Positions 12,035 to 25,117 of a DNA stretch of 64,000 nt are shown here, one piece after another. Made by a program: the position numbers and the translations under genes. Origin of the DNA: Okamejei kenojei (taxonomy: Eukaryota); assembly GCA_035221665.1 (NCBI GenBank), contig CM069140.1:42098001-42162000 (forward strand), given 5' to 3'. Numbering within the stretch: the first letter of the stretch is position 1; each line of letters starts with the position of its first letter. The notes beneath the pieces are model-generated. The model made no database searches, was not told where the DNA came from, and was given only the letters and a program-made list of their open reading frames with translations.

Positions 12035-13050
12035 ATTGTAATCTTAGGTACTGGGTTGTGGTTTTTGAAAATAATTTGTTGGAGTGGGAACCAATTGCCA
12101 CAGTGGATATCACCAGCATATTTTTCAGTGGAATTACCATATGCAAGTAAAGGCACAGCATCACTGCATTGCTAACTCATAAGGGTTTCCAATGATCTAA
12201 CACAAGGTAAAAGGCCGGTATTAAAGGAATTATTCTATCTTCAACAATGATATGTCTTCACTGTCCGGTCGACTTTGAGGATAATTTTATGCATTCATTC
12301 TGGTTGCTGATGCTCTGATCTTTTGCAAGTTGCAACATAATTCTAATACTAATATTTCTGAGTGAGTAAAAGCAAATGCATGAAGCAATGTTACTAACTT
12401 TCACTTCGCCCTTGAAACTTGAATATTTCATGATGAGCTTAACAAGGAAAATACATTCTAAATATAATGATCCTGCTGGATTCGCACAGCAACCATGCCA
12501 TTGTTTCCTTCCATGTTCCTTGGGGAAGGATATGCCTCTGTACAATATCAGCCAGTGTTATAACTAAGATGAGGACAAGGCTTGAAATTCTTAGTATCTT
12601 GCATTTACAGGTAAAGAATTGTGACACCATATCATCTGCATGAAACCACATTTCCTTTTCCTGTTAGGACTGGTAATTATATTTGATAAATTCAAATAGT
12701 GACCAGCACAAATCCACAAACTGTATATTCTACAAATTAAGATCTGCAGTTCTACTGATTTATTGTTAGATTTCCATTACACATGACATTGGGAATGATA
12801 ATGTATCCGTTTCTTCCATATGCTGGAGCAGAGCAAGTGGTTATTACAGGATTATTTTCTTACAGCATTTGATTTGTTTTACTCTGAAAAATATGTCATA
12901 TTTTTAAAAATTAAGAAAATTAAAATTGATAAAGAGTACTTTTAAAAGTTCTATGTGAACAGATTTCCCTTTGCCATCAAGAGGGATGCTTTATTTATAT
13001 TTTTTGCATTTGCCATAATTAAATATAAAAATCAAGGGTAGGAATATTTC

Positions 13051-13652
13051 TGTATATTACTAAAACTCTCTTATATCTCTCGTTTCCCTGATCCCTGAAA
13101 GAAAAAAATNNNNNNNNNNNNNNNNNNNNNNNNNNNNNNNNNNNNNNNNNNNNNNNNNNNNNNNNNNNNNNNNNNNNNNNNNNNNNNNNNNNNNNNNNNN
13201 NNNNNNNNNNNNNNNNNNNNNNNNNNNNNNNNNNNNNNNNNNNNNNNNNNNNNNNNNGATATTGAAACTACGCCAAAACGGTACACGATAGCGCTAACAA
13301 TTTTGCACCATCTTACTGACCATTGTCCTGTGGTCGTTTGTGTCAGGTTTTATTTAGATTGATGTTATATTTCACAAGTTATTGACTTTAAGAAATATTT
13401 AACAGCTATTGGGATCCTAATCCTTGCTGGCCCAGCTTGCAACAAAGTTGCAATCGAGGAACACTCAGTCCTTCCAGCAAGTTTTTAGCTGAACAGGAGG
13501 GGAGGGGGCAATTGCATTATTTTTTAAAGTCCTCTCAGGAAGAGGAGGAGGCAGTGCTGTAATATGGGGGAATGGGTGAGTGGTAGAATATTATGTTGTG
13601 GAACGGGTTGTGTTGGGGGACCAGGCCCGTGTGACAGGGCCAGTTGGTCTAG
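13051..13652 (+). mobile_element. Non-autonomous Helitron-like element (spans the gap)
   Basis: 5' t(g)tatattactaaaactctc; 3' end CTAG followed by T (13649-13653); both ends are shared with the copy at 49469-50538; no TIR or TSD. Confidence 0.6.
13110..13257. other. Assembly gap (148 N)
   Basis: Run of N. Confidence 1.
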
Positions 13653-13734
13653 TATGTAATAAAAATAGAATAAAACATAAAAAAATTATGTGTCTATTAG
13701 TTCTCCAAATAACCAGATTTCCATGCAAGGGATA

Positions 13735-14305
13735 CCACAAGCTGACGAGGTGGTGAGGAAGGCTGTTGGCATGTTGGCCTTCATCAGTAAGGGCATTGAG
13801 CATGGAGGTTGGGAAGTTATTTTGCAGTTGTATACAACATTCGTGAGGCCGCCCTTTGAGTATTGTGTTTAGTTTCGGTCACCATGCTAAAGGAAGGTTG
13901 CTGTTCAGCTGGAATGAGTGGAGTAAAGATTTACAAGGATGTTGCCAGGACCCGAGGGACGGGTTATAGGGAGAGGTTGAGCAGACTGGAACTTTGTTCC
14001 TTGGAATATAGGAGACTGAGATGTGATCTTATGGAAGTGAATAAAATCATGATGGGCATAGAAAGGATTTATACACACAGTCTTTTCCTATGATTGGGGA
14101 ATTAAGAACTAGAGGGCATTGGTTTAAAGTGAGAGGTGACAAAAATAATAGAGGGTGGTTTATATATGGACCAAGCTACCAGAGGATGTAGATGAGGCAA
14201 GTACAATAATAACATTTAAAAAACATTTGGGTAGTATATGTTTTGGAAAGATTCATGTAGATATACTCAAATATGGAAGATGGGAATAGCACAGATGGAC
14301 ATTGT
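13735..14305 (+). mobile_element. Degraded CR1 LINE 3' fragment
   Basis: VVRKAVGMLAFISKGIE...LYTTFVRPPFEYCV and YRERLSRLELCSLEYRRLRCDLMEVNKIM in shifting frames. Confidence 0.85.
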
Positions 14306-15104
14306 TATGGTTGGAAGGCAGATTGCAACAAATACCATTAGTTTGCTATTGCAAAAATATCTCAAGATGCTTCACGTTGTATTAATAATCAAAAATGAAT
14401 ATTAAGCCAAACAAGGAGACATGAGGTGATCCAATATGGGGATGAGCTGGAAGCCAGAGTTCTAAAAACTAAGTTCCCTCTTAGAGCTGTAGAAGCAAGG
14501 AGTATTACTGAGATAGGATCGCCAGCTTGAAACAATTGTACAACTAACAAGGTCAACCCTATTAATTGTTTCTCAAGTTGAATTTTGGAAGCTTGCTGTG
14601 CATAACGTTTGAGATGGAAAAATCGTTTACAACACAGATGATGAGTGTAGATGTATGCATAAAAGAACATTTCTACCCCTCTGAGCTATCGTAACACTCC
14701 TGGTGTTAACTGTGTTCATCTGTCACATAGAGCTGTAGTAAACAGTTAATATAATTTTTTTTGTTCTCGGTTTCTCACTATTTAAAATCCAAATTGCTTA
14801 GTTACTTATTGAACCAGGACAGATGGAGTAAATAGTTCCTTGATTCAGCATTAACACCACAACCTCAAGTTGATGGGGAAATTGTTTTCTTTTAATTTTG
14901 TTGTCAGCAGTGTACTGCAAGATTACAGATATTGGTTTGTTTGCCTAAACCCCTCACAATTAACAAACATTACAGTAAATAAGCATTATCATTATTAATA
15001 ATTAAAGCTGGGTCTCACAATTCAGCAGGTATATTTGGATGAATAAGAGGAACCAAGAAGCAGGACAGTTAGTGAAAACCTGAAGAATATTTTTATGAAG
15101 AGAT

Positions 15105-15375
15105 GAGAAACTGCAGATGCTTGAATCTTGAACAAAAAATCAAAGTGCTGGAAGAACTCAACAGGTCAGGCATCATCTATGGAGGGAAGGGGCTGATGAC
15201 ATTTTGGCTTGGGACTTCTTTAAATTGATATAGTAGTTGGACGATTGCTGGAAAAGAGAGGTGGGTGTGGGATACAGGTCGGGGGTGGGGGGGGCAATGA
15301 ATTGGCAGATGGGTAGAGATAGTGACAAATGAGACAAGTGGGTGTCAGATAAAGAAAGAAGAGAGTGAAATGTAA
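15105..15375 (-). mobile_element. Older Penelope-derived 3' terminal fragment
   Basis: aactgcagatgcttg...aaagtgctggaagaactcaacaggtcaggcatcatctatgga is similar to the family consensus and is followed by a purine-rich tract, as at 59180-59290. Confidence 0.55.
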
Positions 15376-15414
15376 TGCCTAATGTCCTTAACGGTTGGTT
15401 TTACTCTGGCAATT

Positions 15415-15600
15415 TGGTTTAGTTTAGAAATACAGCATGGAAACAAGCCCTGCGGCCCACCGAGTCCACACCGAGCATCGATCACACATATGTTAGTTCT
15501 ATGCTAACCCATCCTACGGACTAGGGGCAATTTACAGAGGCAATAGAGGATGATGAAAAAAGTGTATGTGAACCACTCCGTCACCTGGAATGACTGGTAG
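15415..15600 (-). mobile_element. HE1-like SINE 3' part (CR1-derived tail)
   Basis: gtttagtttagaaatacagcatggaaacaagccctgcggcccaccgagtcc; same tail as 43913-43975. Confidence 0.65.
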
Positions 15601-15720
15601 AGTGCTTTTACATAGGTTTTTTTTGGCATTTTCAAGCTCTCTTGTTTACTCTGCATATTCAGTTTAGTCTCTGGTTTCTCATTGTGAGGTTGTTTGAGCA
15701 TTTTTATACATGTAGCTTAT

Positions 15721-16642
15721 GCGGAAATCGCTATCAAAACATGGGGGGGGACACATTTCTTTGGTGGCCACGCGTATGCGCGGCTGTGGAGGCTTCGGCT
15801 GTGGGGCTTGTGGACGGTAACATCGTGAGCTGACCTGGTTGGTGATCGACTCCGAACTCCAGCAACAGCAGCTTCGTCCTCCCCAAATTATGTGGCTTGA
15901 ATCGGCCCATTCACGGGGCTTTTCATCGCCTGGCGCGGCTTAAAATTGGTCGGCGGTTGCTTCAACATTGGGACCCTCGATCGCCTCGGTGCAGCAGTTT
16001 GATTTTAAGCGGCACCGGGCGATGAAAGGCCCCGTGAACGGGCCGATTCAGCCTTTAGAAAGTGTCTGATACACGCTTGAATCAAAAGCTACAATGTGAT
16101 AAATAACACTTAAACAAATAAAACTGAAGCAAATAAAGGCAAACAGAAGAACCAACCTTCTGGGGAAGAGAGAGATGGAGAAAAAATACTAAATAACGTG
16201 AATGAGGGACTTGCCTGCAAGCCAGCCAGGAAACCCATTCGACCGAAGCACTTAATGACCTGACCCGTTTTATTCCGACACCCGTTTAAATCTTTCCTAT
16301 CGACCAATACATTCAATTATTTAAAATGGTAATTGTACCCGTATCAGACAGCTTTAAGAAATTCTCCGTGAATACCTTAAGTAATACTTGAAGGTCAAAA
16401 CACAATTGGTGACACATCGTTTAATACTATGTTAATAGAGACATAACAAGCGCTTAACAGTGACACCCCCACTGTCTCGCGGAAAGCGGAGATTTTAATA
16501 GATTTTTTTTTCACTGAATTTCAAAATCTGGATTACAAAACATGGGGGGGGGGGAGAGAGGATTGTCTCCCATCTCTCAAAACACTGGGGGGGGACGTGT
16601 CCCTCTCGTCTCCCGCCCCCCCCACCCGGATTTCCGCCCATG
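15721..16642. mobile_element. Non-autonomous DNA transposon, hAT-like, with a damaged left terminus
   Basis: Inverted termini gcggaaatc (15721-15729) and gatttccgcccatg (16629-16642); flanking AGCTTAT at 15714-15720 and 16643-16649; CpG-rich interior with a 48-bp inverted repeat. Confidence 0.6.
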
Positions 16643-18079
16643 AGCTTATTGCATTCATGTCCTGAATTTGTAATTTAAAATGCAGAAACATTTTAGTTTG
16701 AAATAATCTAGCGTGTAAATACATAAAATAGAAGAAAGAGAGGCTGTTTCTGTGAGTAGCATCTCAGTAGCATCTGGTCTCACCATCTTAGTGAGGTTTT
16801 TCTCAACCGCTTGCCAGGATGGAAAGGAGACTGCGTGGAAAGGTGAAAATGGTGTTGTCAGTGGTGAGCTGTACTCTCTTTATGTTTACTGCTATGTGAA
16901 TATTATTTTTAACCTGGCCCTGTTGACATCTGCTTGCTGTTATTTTTCAAGTGAGCCAGGAAACAAACAAACAATGTGTCTGCCTGAAATAAGCCACAGC
17001 TTATCTGCAGTCTGTTTGACCACGTTCCACTTAAGAGATCCAGTGCAAGCGACCTTTTGAGAAGCCCTGTCAGTCGTACATAAATGTTTAAGAAAGAACT
17101 GCAGATGCTGGAACTATGAACCATAGGTAGCTCTGAAAAGCAACCATAGATTTTATTTGAGGAGTCAAGAGGAGCATAAATATTTCTCTTTGCCTCACCA
17201 ACCGGTTTCTGCCAATTCATCTGTGCCAATCTATCCCTATTGTCCACCAACTACTTAACAGTCGACTTCCAACTCTGCTGCTTTCCCACCCCCTCCCCAA
17301 TGAACAAGCTGTCAGGTGGTGCTGGCAGCTTGCTGCAAAGATTCAAATTAGGCCCAATCATGAAGATTGCTCAAGCTCCTTTAGCTTCTTATATACTGTG
17401 TACTGATGATAAAAGTTGGAGCCTGTAGTTTTAAAATTGCCTGCACAGGAATGTGAGTTAAAAACTGGCTAGCCCTTCACACCACCAATATAAAACTTTC
17501 TTCTCGTATTCCATTGCAGTGAGGCGGATAAACACCCTGGATACAAAAGTCTGCGGTATTGCTTGTGCCATTCATTGCTGTCAGCTACTAATGCTGAAAA
17601 GATTGCCAACAATAGTCAAGCTGGAAACTCCAAAATAAAAGAGCATTAAATACAACATTCTGGAAATGACTGGGTGATGTTAATGATAGAAGTTCAAAAT
17701 ATTTATTTCAATTTCTCTTCTATTATTAATTGATAAAAATAATTGAATTAAAATAACCATGAAAGTTTGATACTTAGCACTTGAATGATCACATCACAGT
17801 GATCAGTGGGAGTTGTTTCATTATAATGATTTTGCATTGAACAATGGAATTACAAAATGTAATGGAGGCAATTGCACACTGAAAATATGTTAATATGGAA
17901 TAATATTAGATAGAATCCACATAGAGAATGCAAAAAAAAAGTATTCACATAAAACTAATTAACACAAAAACCATGATTTCTATGTCAAGACATTTTCAAT
18001 GGGCATTAAACAGGTATGGGAGAATATGCACAAAAAATTCAAATTCATTCTCGCAATTTATGACAATATATTTCACGCG

Positions 18080-18270
18080 CCCTTTTTTACGCAATGGATG
18101 GTGCATACAGGAATGTGTAGGCAAAGGAGGTAGCAGAGGCAAGTACATGGATCGGAAAGGTCTAGAGGGATTTGGGGCAAACACATGCAAATTGGACTTT
18201 CTTAGATGAGGCATCTTTCTCAGCATGAACGAGTTGGGCCCGAGGGCCTGTTTGCGGACTATGACTATGG
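18080..18270 (+). mobile_element. CR1 3' end fragment
   Basis: KYMDRKGLEGFGAN C-terminus and tail gagttgggcccgagggcctgtttg...ctatgactatg. Confidence 0.7.
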
Positions 18271-18687
18271 CACTACGACTGTGACAGGTCTTGAAAGCTT
18301 GCATTATTCTAGTGTTCCTGATACTTGTTGGATTGTGAAGCTGAAAAGGTTTCCATGATAATGTGTGTACAAGCATAAACCCATTAATTTAACTCATTAG
18401 CAGGTTTTACTCATTTTGTAGAAACTGTATAATGAGCAGGTTTCTTTTTGTTAATTAATAATATCAACCAGCTTTCCAAAATTAGTTGATACATTTTGAT
18501 ACACCTCTGTGACTTGCGGGCAAGTAGAATAAAACTGCCTTTATGCATTTCAAGTGTTTTATCATTGGAGTTCTGCAAAACCAGAGACTATCATAGCTAA
18601 AAAATATAATATAAAACATTATAATCTAGATCTCATTATCAGAAGTTTTAAAATGTTGAATCTTGTAATTGTTTTCTTACTTTTAAG

Positions 18688-18825
18688 GAAAATACTGTAG
18701 ATACCAGAAAGCTGAACTTCTCAGCAGACCGGAGAAAGGGCCTGTAGCCCTGAAACAGTATATCTTCCTTCGTTTCTCTACAGATGCTGCTTGGTTTGTT
18801 GAGTGTTAGCAGTATTTTGCAGTTG
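18688..18825. mobile_element. Old PLE-derived repeat with an internal inversion
   Basis: aaatactgtagatacc followed by ctgaaac...tttctctacagatgctgc...agcagtattttg; same layout as 23591-23722 but more diverged. Confidence 0.4.
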
Positions 18826-21800
18826 TGTGTTTCACTCTTTTAACACTATTTTCACAGTGTTTTATTAATACAGCATGCATGCAGAGAAATTGACTGAAAC
18901 ACTTTCTCTTTTGGGGTATTTTAACTGCTTGTGTGGTCAGGTTGACTGGTCCAGTTGTAGATGCACTATGTTACACTGCAGGAGGTACACCAAGTACAAA
19001 TTGGACCAAGGGTGGGAAATGAGGCACTGTGGTTCCATGCAGAAGAAATGTGCCACACTGGAAGGAGAATGCAATCAGTTTCAGCTGAAAGGACAGGACA
19101 GGAATAATAAATCTGTTGATACTGCAGAAAACAATATGGTGCTCCCCAAAGAAGGGTGATAGAGACTGATTGATGACAGCTCAAAGGATCACTGACTAAC
19201 TATAGCTTGGGGATTATGGATACCTAGCATTGCCATGTCATTCATGGATGCTGATGCCAACAATTGATAGTTTGTTAAAATAATCAGCTCTGTGGGCTTT
19301 TTGACTATTGTTGTTTCTTTTCCTTTGTTGAATATAACTTGTTTATCCTTGTCTCATGTAGCAACAACAAGTTGCACAATGGAGGAAGGAGAAGCCAAAT
19401 TCTGTCTGCTAAAGGATAATATTAAACTTTTTGTACTGAAAACAAGGTGTGGTTTATAACTGACCAGTTATTTAACTTCTTGACTTCGATCACTTTGAAA
19501 AGAGGAATGCTCGTGATAGAATTATTTTATTTCTGTCACCCAAAAGGCAATGTTAAGCTTCCAGGTTAAATAATGCAGTGTCTGAGGAACTGGTTTTTGG
19601 ATGAAATAATAAATCATGCCTTATATGCTTACTTTGTTGATTATTACAAATGTCGTGCCCAATAAAGAACATTGCTGTGCACCCCATGTCTCCAGCTAAA
19701 CCTGCTAAACAGCTTAACTGGTCACTTGTGCTTTGTGGGCTCTTTCTGTCCCCAATTGTTCTTCAGCCTGTTGCCTAAGATTCACAATAACATTTCAAAA
19801 ATATTGAGAGCATCATTTAAGTAGATACCAAACCAGCAAAACATAGCAGAGGTACCTGATGGAAATAGAGTGAGCTCACTGTCAGCCCATCTGCTGTAAG
19901 TGTTGAAACCAGAGGTGAAAATTGGGGAGGGACACATATTTTAATTGATTGATGGGAAATGCATTGTGATTATTGATTCCTCTGTGTTCAATGATGTTAC
20001 CAGGATGTTTCACTGAGCCCAGAACAGTGCTTGGTAATGCCTTCGTGAAGTGGATTCTGAACTTGAGCATGGCCAAAAGGATTTCTCGAGAGCTAGGTGA
20101 ACCCTCAGCATGTTTCACAGCTGTTGTGATGTGGATATAGTGGGCTACAAAAAATATATAGTGCACCCATCACTGAGATAAAAATATGAATTTCAGCCTC
20201 TGCAGCTAGTATTTCAAAATCTTGAGATATGATTGCTTGGATTTGATGACCTGTTTATGAAACCAGTGGAAGTATGACAAAGTAGGTTTTATATGCTGGA
20301 AGTTCCTTTTTCCTGGTGTATATGATATACCAAGAACATGTTCTGGCTCAAGTTCGATGGCTTGTGGTATCTTCTTTTAATAGAGTGGCAACATTCCTGT
20401 AAACTGGCAATTACCAAACTTCCTTGCAGGTCCAAGTAGATAAATTAATTAATTAAAATATTCGGCATGTGAGATATTTTAAAAAATAGGTGGCTTCCAG
20501 TCATGGTAAAATATAAAAGATTTTTAATAGTTGTCTCTATGCTTGTGGTACATTGGTTAAAAATTATAATTTTGTTTTCGGGAAACTTGATGAAAAGAGC
20601 AGGTTAATTAAGAATCCAGCAATCTTGCAGATACTTGAATTTGGCTTTACCCCAAAATCGGTCTTTTAAAAAATTCCTTGTCCTCGTTTAGTTTTGCATT
20701 CATCGCTGGTCAGTCTTGATACGCAGCATTGAGTGAAAGTTTCTTCATTTGCATATGAATCTCTATTCAACAGTTAATGTCCATTACAGACAGAACGCTC
20801 AATTCTTGTTTTCTGTAAGCCTGTTGTAAAATGTCGGTCTGTCACTTGCAATATAAAAAAGCAAAAATGATGGCATTTGTAAAAATGTTATCACCTCATA
20901 AACACAAATTGTAAAGACATGAAAGCGATCTCTGCCATGCTTTCAGTGGGAGTTAGTACAGCTGCCTTTTTTAAAAACGCAGTTGTCCAGATTCCCACAG
21001 CTCACTACCAGTAGACCAGTTTACACAAGCATATTTAATTCACAGTTCCCCAAATTAACATTTCATTTGCATAATATGTGATGCTTTATAAGACGTGGAC
21101 TTGCTCAAGAATTTCAATCCTTTGCGCATTTCTTTAAAATGCTCTTGAAACTTCAATAATTCACTTCAAACTAGGCACTTTTTTGTCTCTCCACATAAAA
21201 TTAGGCCACGTTTAATATATAGTCATCAAATTAATGAAACATTTGATGTTAAAGCCAGATTATTACCATTCCCAAAAGTCGAGCATTAATTGTTGCAGAC
21301 TGTGTTCACGACAAATGTGTGCTCGGAAATGTTTCTGCATTTTGTACAATTACCAGTGCTGGATCTGGGTCAAAAGTCAAGCTTTATAGAAATGCTGTTA
21401 CTGTTGCCTGGAAGAGTTTGTATAGAAACTAGTTAGTACTGCATGGGGGACTGGAAAAATAGTTTATGAAATCAAAATCAATTGTAGGAGGCATGCCATT
21501 GCTCTAACATCCTCGAGGCCACCCAGTCCTATATGTTTTCTTGGGTCTATCATACTTAGCCATCTGTGTGCTTGCTTCATGTGTGCAAACAGTTTTTAAG
21601 AAGGAGGAAAGATTGACAGCTACCTTAGCAATTGTTAAAGACATGGAATCACATGACTACACAGTCACCAGATCAGAATATATCTCTTATGCTGTTAAAT
21701 CCGGTGCAATGTGGCACAGGTCAATACAGAGATCAAAGGCAATTATTTGTAAAATCGAATTTTAAAAGCCTTTTTGAGAAACATTCACAGTAAATATACC

Positions 21801-22099
21801 CTGATAACTATTGGTTGGTATACCTGTTTGGAAGTGCATATCTTAGAACTCACACTTGGATGTTTCAAGGTTATTGTGAAAATTTCCCAAATCTGAGACA
21901 ATATGAACAGTAAGGGAGGTGTGGCAATTGTTAAATTGTACTCCTAATGGGAACTTGGGAGAATATAACCAGTAGGTCATTATTTAGCCTCCTGAGCATA
22001 TTTCAAATTGTTACCTTGGTTATTCTCTGATTCAATAATCCTGAATACCTTTAATTTCCGCTAGAATTACTGTTGCAATCAGAGAGTCTCTCCATCAAC

Positions 22100-22495
22100 A
22101 TCCAGTAGACACATGATGGTAAACTCTCCATTTGTCTGGATGAGTGAAGCTCCAATACCACCCAAATAACTAGTTGGGTCTAAAATGTGGAACTTAATCA
22201 GCTTTCTAAACATTTCATTTCATTTTCTGTTGGTGTACAGTGATTTGCAGTGTATGAATCATGTATAAAATACAGGTCTTGACTATTTTGACAACAACAT
22301 CAAAACTGCAACATCTTCCATTAAGTGCATGAGGCCTACAATTTCCTTTAAAGGTTACAACCATCCTGAATTGGAAAAATATTGCTGGAACCTTCACCAG
22401 AAAGGCTGCAAAGGATTATGAAGTTAGTTTGCTATTATTGTCTTCTCAAGGGCAATTACAAATGCACAATAAATATTTGTCAATGATACCTGATT
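22100..22495 (+). mobile_element. Ancient non-LTR retrotransposon 3' fragment (family not assigned)
   Basis: atgatggtaaactctccatttgtctggatgagtgaagctcca resembles the VMEYSPLAWMSAAP C-terminal motif of an old elasmobranch LINE (recalled, not searched). A similar relic may lie at ~43100-43560 on the minus strand. Confidence 0.4.
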
Positions 22496-23590
22496 CTTAT
22501 AAAAAGTATAGAATAGTCATGTGGGAACACCAGAATTTCTGTTTTAACCTGGAATAGGAATGAGGCTGACATGGTTTGAGTGTCATTAATAGGTGCAGAA
22601 TATTTAATCTATATCGTATCGGTATGTCTTCTGTTGCTTTGAGCTTGAAACTAATGACAGCCAAACAGTGGGCAGTAAAGCTCTCTTGATGGCAGAGGGC
22701 TAATGGCTTGGCCATGGAATTGCTGCCACAGCCAAATAAGTTAGTGGTAGGGATTTTTGGATGGGCCTCACAGTCCCAAAGAGAGTTAACTGGATGAAGA
22801 GGGACTATGGCTGGGAATTTGATAGAGCATTAAGAGTTCAATGGAATTAAATTCCATGGAAGTCGATAGATCTGAATTTTGAAGGCATAATACAAAGCTA
22901 CTTTTGCGTTATCGACCAGGGATAAATTCCTGCCTATACATTTTCTTTGGAAAAGCTTAAGGAGCACTCCTGGATTTCCTTGACATCAGAAAAATATATA
23001 TTTTAAAGAAAGCTTTTACATAAAGGAACTGTTGGGACCTCTTCTGGACTCCTGTTCTTTTTTCACTTTATTCACTTGAGAACATCACAAAACTTCCTCA
23101 CTCAGGCCAGCAGCTAAAACACTTATGGAAGTCTGTTGATCTCTTCAGTTTTGAACTGCAGAACAATTGAAGGAACCTGCGAGCTTCAGATGGGCAGACA
23201 ATACATATGCTGAGAAGGCTAATTGCAGTGTCATTATTAGAGATTTGATAATGGTGTCAGCATGTAAAGCCAAACAAAATGTTTGCCACTGTCAGCGGGA
23301 GCAGCCTTAAATGTATTGCTAAAGAGAAATGGTCAGATAAGCTCGTCCTTTAGGTGTAAGAGATATGATTTAATACAGGTAATTATGGGCTGCAGGACCT
23401 AATTCTTAAGGTAGCAGCTAAGATTCTGAATTGTTGATCCAAAGATATATTCAAATCCTGCCAGGGTAGCAAGTAAATACAAATACAGATTCTTATATAA
23501 ATCTCATATTGCAAGACAAAACTAGTTTGAGTAACTGTAACCAAGAATCTTCTGGATTGAATCATTATAAAAACCATTCTGATTAACTGA

Positions 23591-23722
23591 ATGTTAAGAA
23601 GGAACTGCAGATGCTGGAAAAATTGAAAGTCTGAAGAGCGGTCTCGACCCGAAATGTCACCTATTCCTTCGCTCCATAGATGCTGCCTCACCCACTGAGT
23701 TTCTCAAGCATTTTTATCTACC
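23591..23722. mobile_element. Penelope-derived short element with internal inversion and 13-bp TSD
   Basis: TCTGATTAACTGA at 23578-23590 and 23723-23735; the tail is on the minus strand and the hammerhead-like segment (gtCTGAAGAgcggtctcgacccGAAAtgtc) is on the plus strand. Confidence 0.85.
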
Positions 23723-23774
23723 TCTGATTAACTGATGTACTTTAGGAAAGAAAATTTGTCATCCTCACTCAATG

Positions 23775-24077
23775 GGTGGCATGATGGATAAAACCAATGT
23801 TTCACAGTGGCAGAGACCCGGGTTGGATGCTGACCTTGGGTCCTCTTGGTGTGGAGCTTACACATTCTTCCTGTGATCACGTGGGTTTCCCTCAGTTGCT
23901 CTGGTTTCCTCCCTTATTCCAAAAATGTGCAAGTTGGTTGGTTAATTGGTCACTATAAATTGCACATGAGGGGTAGGATCTAGGGGGAACTGATGGGAAT
24001 ATATGGAGAATTTTAACACAATATTGGATAGTTGGCATTAACCTGATAGGTTGAAGGGCCCGTTTCCATGGTGTATC

Positions 24078-24081
<4 letters not shown>
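23775..24081 (+). mobile_element. tRNA-derived HE1-like / V-SINE
   Basis: Head cagagacccgggttggatgctgacc (B-box-like); central gtgggtttccc...ctctggtttcctcc; CR1-type tail gaagggcccgtttccatggtgtatct. Confidence 0.75.
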
Positions 24082-24130
<49 letters not shown>

Positions 24131-24137
24131 CTCTCTC
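24082..24137. repeat. (CT)n microsatellite at the SINE tail
   Basis: ~28 near-perfect TC units with one interruption. Confidence 0.98.
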
Positions 24138-24382
24138 AGCCCTAAATGCAGTTCAGACCCAAAAACGTAGTCCTCATTTAAGGTCAAATAATATTTGATA
24201 TTAAAGTCTGGCATTGCCAGTAATTCTCATATCTTGCGAATGATAAACCAAAATAAAAATACCTTGAATTTTGACCTCAACGATTTGGAAAATACTGAAC
24301 ATTGCAAAAAAGTGAGAGTTTACTAACTAGTAATATTTTATTCCATGATGCTTCACAACCAGGCAATTACGTTTGGAGTCCG

Positions 24383-24546
24383 AAAGGAACTGCAGATGCT
24401 GATTTACATGAAAAAACACAAAGTGCCGGAGTAACTCAGTGGGTCAGGTGGTATCACATTGATAGATGATGTTTTCTTCCAGGTTCCTTGTTTATCCACA
24501 TCCTCCAGAAATGCTGCCTGACCCACTGAGAGACTCCAACACTTTG
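24383..24546. mobile_element. Fold-back copy of the Penelope-derived short repeat (diverged)
   Basis: caaagtgccggagtaactcagtgggtcagg followed by its reverse complement cctgacccactgagagactccaacactttg. Confidence 0.65.
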
Positions 24547-24732
24547 AACAATAGTTTTGAACGATAGTTTTTTGAACGATAGTTATGTTTGCAAGTACAG
24601 TGAACATTTTGTGCATAGCTGGGTCCCACAAACAGTAAATATAAATTATTTGAATTGTATTTCATGTAGATATGGAGAAAAGAGTATTGGTAAGGATACA
24701 TTTATTAAAAAAAACATTTATCTTTTATAAAA

Positions 24733-24830
24733 ACCACGGGATCTTTTCTGTTCACTAGAAAAGATATTCAGAGTCTCATTTTAACTTACGAGAGGTAACG
24801 GCGCACCAATTCCATAATTAATGCGTCTCC
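24733..24830 (-). mobile_element. Ancient DeuSINE (Deu-domain)-like fragment
   Basis: ccacgggatcttttctgttcac...gtctcattttaac resembles the reverse complement of the Deu core (from memory). Confidence 0.35.
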
Positions 24831-24891
24831 GGTGAGAGGTGACAAATATCTCACGACTTGTGACCAGTCTTCACATGAATGAAAAGACTTA

Positions 24892-25117
24892 AGGGCCTGT
24901 CCCACTTGGGTGTCTTTTGCACGTCACGCAGATGGCATGCGAAGATTTTGTACATCCCAAAATCCAGGGGCGTCGCGCGCGACCGCGTGTAATTGTCTAC
25001 GTCACCACGCACCATGCGCGCATCATGCGGGCATCACGTGCGTGTCACGATGCGCGCGTCATGCGTCATGATGCGTAAATGATGTCGCGTAAATGACGCC
25101 CAACTGGAACAGGCCCT
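24892..25117. mobile_element. PIF/Harbinger-type MITE
   Basis: TIRs AGGGCCTGTCCCACTTGGG and CCCAACTGGAACAGGCCCT; TTA TSD at 24889-24891 and 25118-25120; CpG-rich interior. Confidence 0.85.

Larger units (their letters stand above)
23490..24190 (+). mobile_element. Old SacSINE1-like SINE split by two younger insertions
   Basis: Removing 23591-23735 and ~23775-24137 rejoins aaaaccattctgattaactgatgtactttaggaaagaaaatttgtcatcctcac...gcctaaatgcagttcagaccc, resembling the SacSINE1 body (from memory). Confidence 0.45.

Noticed and set aside
24543-24583. Three tandem copies of tttgaac(a/g)atagt
   Set aside because: Local slippage at a repeat edge; no spacers, so not CRISPR-like.
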